A stretch of DNA of 64,000 nt from assembly GCA_020137815.1 (NCBI GenBank), contig CM035357.1:5890001-5954000 (forward strand), given 5' to 3'. Below are positions 62,645-64,000 of this stretch, in pieces. Under the pieces are notes generated by a model. It did not search any database, was not told where the DNA came from, and saw nothing but the letters and a program-made list of their open reading frames with translations. This DNA is from Hormiphora californensis. Its lineage: Eukaryota; Animalia; Ctenophora. The translations under genes were made by a program, and so were the position numbers. Position 1 is the first letter of the stretch; each line of letters starts with the position of its first letter.

Positions 62645-64000
62645 TGATCTACTCCATCTCTCAGCTATCCTACCCCTCATCAACTCAATCTCTCAGCTAC
62701 CCTACCCCTCATCTACTCCATCTTTCAGCTACCCTACCCCTCATCTACTCCATCTTTCAGCTACCCTACCCCTTATCTAGTCCATCTCTCAGCTACCCTA
62801 CTCCTCATCTACTCCATCTCTCAGCTTCCCTATTAGGGAAGCATAGAGATGGAAACGATTAGGGGTAGGGAATCCCTATCCATAATCGTTTCCATCTCTA
62901 TGCTTCCCTAGCCCTCATCAACTCCATCTTTCAGCTACCCTACCCCTAATCTAGTCCATCTCTCCGCTACCCTACTCCTCATCTACTCCATCTCTCAGCT
63001 ACCCTACCTCCCATTTACTCCATCTCTCAGCTACCCTACCTCCCATTTACTCCATCTCTCAGCTTCCCTACCTCCCATTTACTCCATCTCTCAGCTTACC
63101 TACCTCCCATTTACTCCATATCTCAGCTTCCCTACCTCCCATTTACTCCATCTCTCAGCTTCCCTACCTGCCATTTACTCCATATCTCAGCTTCCCTACC
63201 TCCCATTTACTCCATCTCTCAGCTACCCAACCTCCCATTTACTCCATCTCTCAGCTTCCCTACCTCCCATTTACTCCATCTTTCAGATACCCTACTTCCC
63301 ATTTACTCCATCTCTCAGCTTACCTACCTCCCATTTACTCCATCTCTCAGCTTCCCTACCTCCCATTTACTCCATCTCTCAGCTTCCCTACCTCCCATTT
63401 ACTCCATCTCTCAGCTACCCAACCTCCCATTCACTCCATCTATCAGCTACCCTACCTCCCATTTACTCCATCTCTCAGCTTCCCTACCTCCCATTTACTC
63501 CATCTCTCAGCTTACCTACCTCCCATTTACTCCATATCTCAGCTTCCCTACCTGCCATTTACTCCATCTTTCAGATACCCTACTTCCCATTTACTCCATC
63601 TCTCAGCTTACCTACCTCCCATTTACTCCATCTCTCAGCTTCCCTACCTCCCATTTACTCCATCTCTCAGCTTCCCTACCTCCCATTTACTCCATCTCTC
63701 AGCTACCCAACCTCCCATTCACTCCATCTATCAGCTACCCTACCTCCCATTTACTCCATCTCTCAGCTTCCCTACCTCCCATTTCCTCCATCTCTCAGCT
63801 TCCCTACCTCCCATTTACTCCATCTCTCAGCTTACCTACCTCCCATTTACTCCATATCTCAGCTTCCCTACCTGCCATTTACTCCATCTTTCAGATACCC
63901 TACCTCCCATTTACTCCATCTCTCAGCTTACCTACCTCCCATTTACTCCATCTCTCAGCTTCCCTACCTGCCATTTACTCCATCCCTCAGTTTCCCTACC
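62645..64000. repeat. 32-bp pyrimidine-rich minisatellite (CTCCCATTTACTCCATCTCTCAGCTTCCCTAC) running off the window end
   Basis: About 40 copies, interrupted by a palindrome at 62835-62910. Confidence 0.95.

Overview
Eukaryotic (metazoan) genomic DNA, very probably a ctenophore. The main clue is a 35-nt sequence at 39859-39893(-) that matches, from memory, the pleurobrachiid (Hormiphora/Pleurobrachia) trans-spliced leader. Host genes: the 3' part of a neurobeachin-like BEACH-WD40 gene (+, about 3.1-28.2 kb), a small secreted VWC gene probably nested in it, a tight minus-strand GNPDA-TOM7-LRCH cluster, an uncharacterised secreted protein, an arylsulfatase, DCAF7/WDR68 and an intronless PIM-like kinase. 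Three observations stand out. (1) A full-length 7.5-kb non-LTR retrotransposon (APE-RT-RNase H, 11-bp TSD, (GAA)n tail) whose ORF1 reads as a continuous 479-aa protein only after removal of four GT-AG introns. An AATAAA plus poly(A) tract and further splice signals lie between ORF1 and ORF2. (2) Two ORF1-only retroposed elements, one starting with the spliced leader, i.e. a trans-spliced mRNA copied back into the genome inside another LINE. (3) Repeated tandem amplification of 3' splice-site/exon junctions, with up to about 150 copies of one acceptor, where only the last copy leads into the real exon. All calls come from reading the sequence; no database searches were run.
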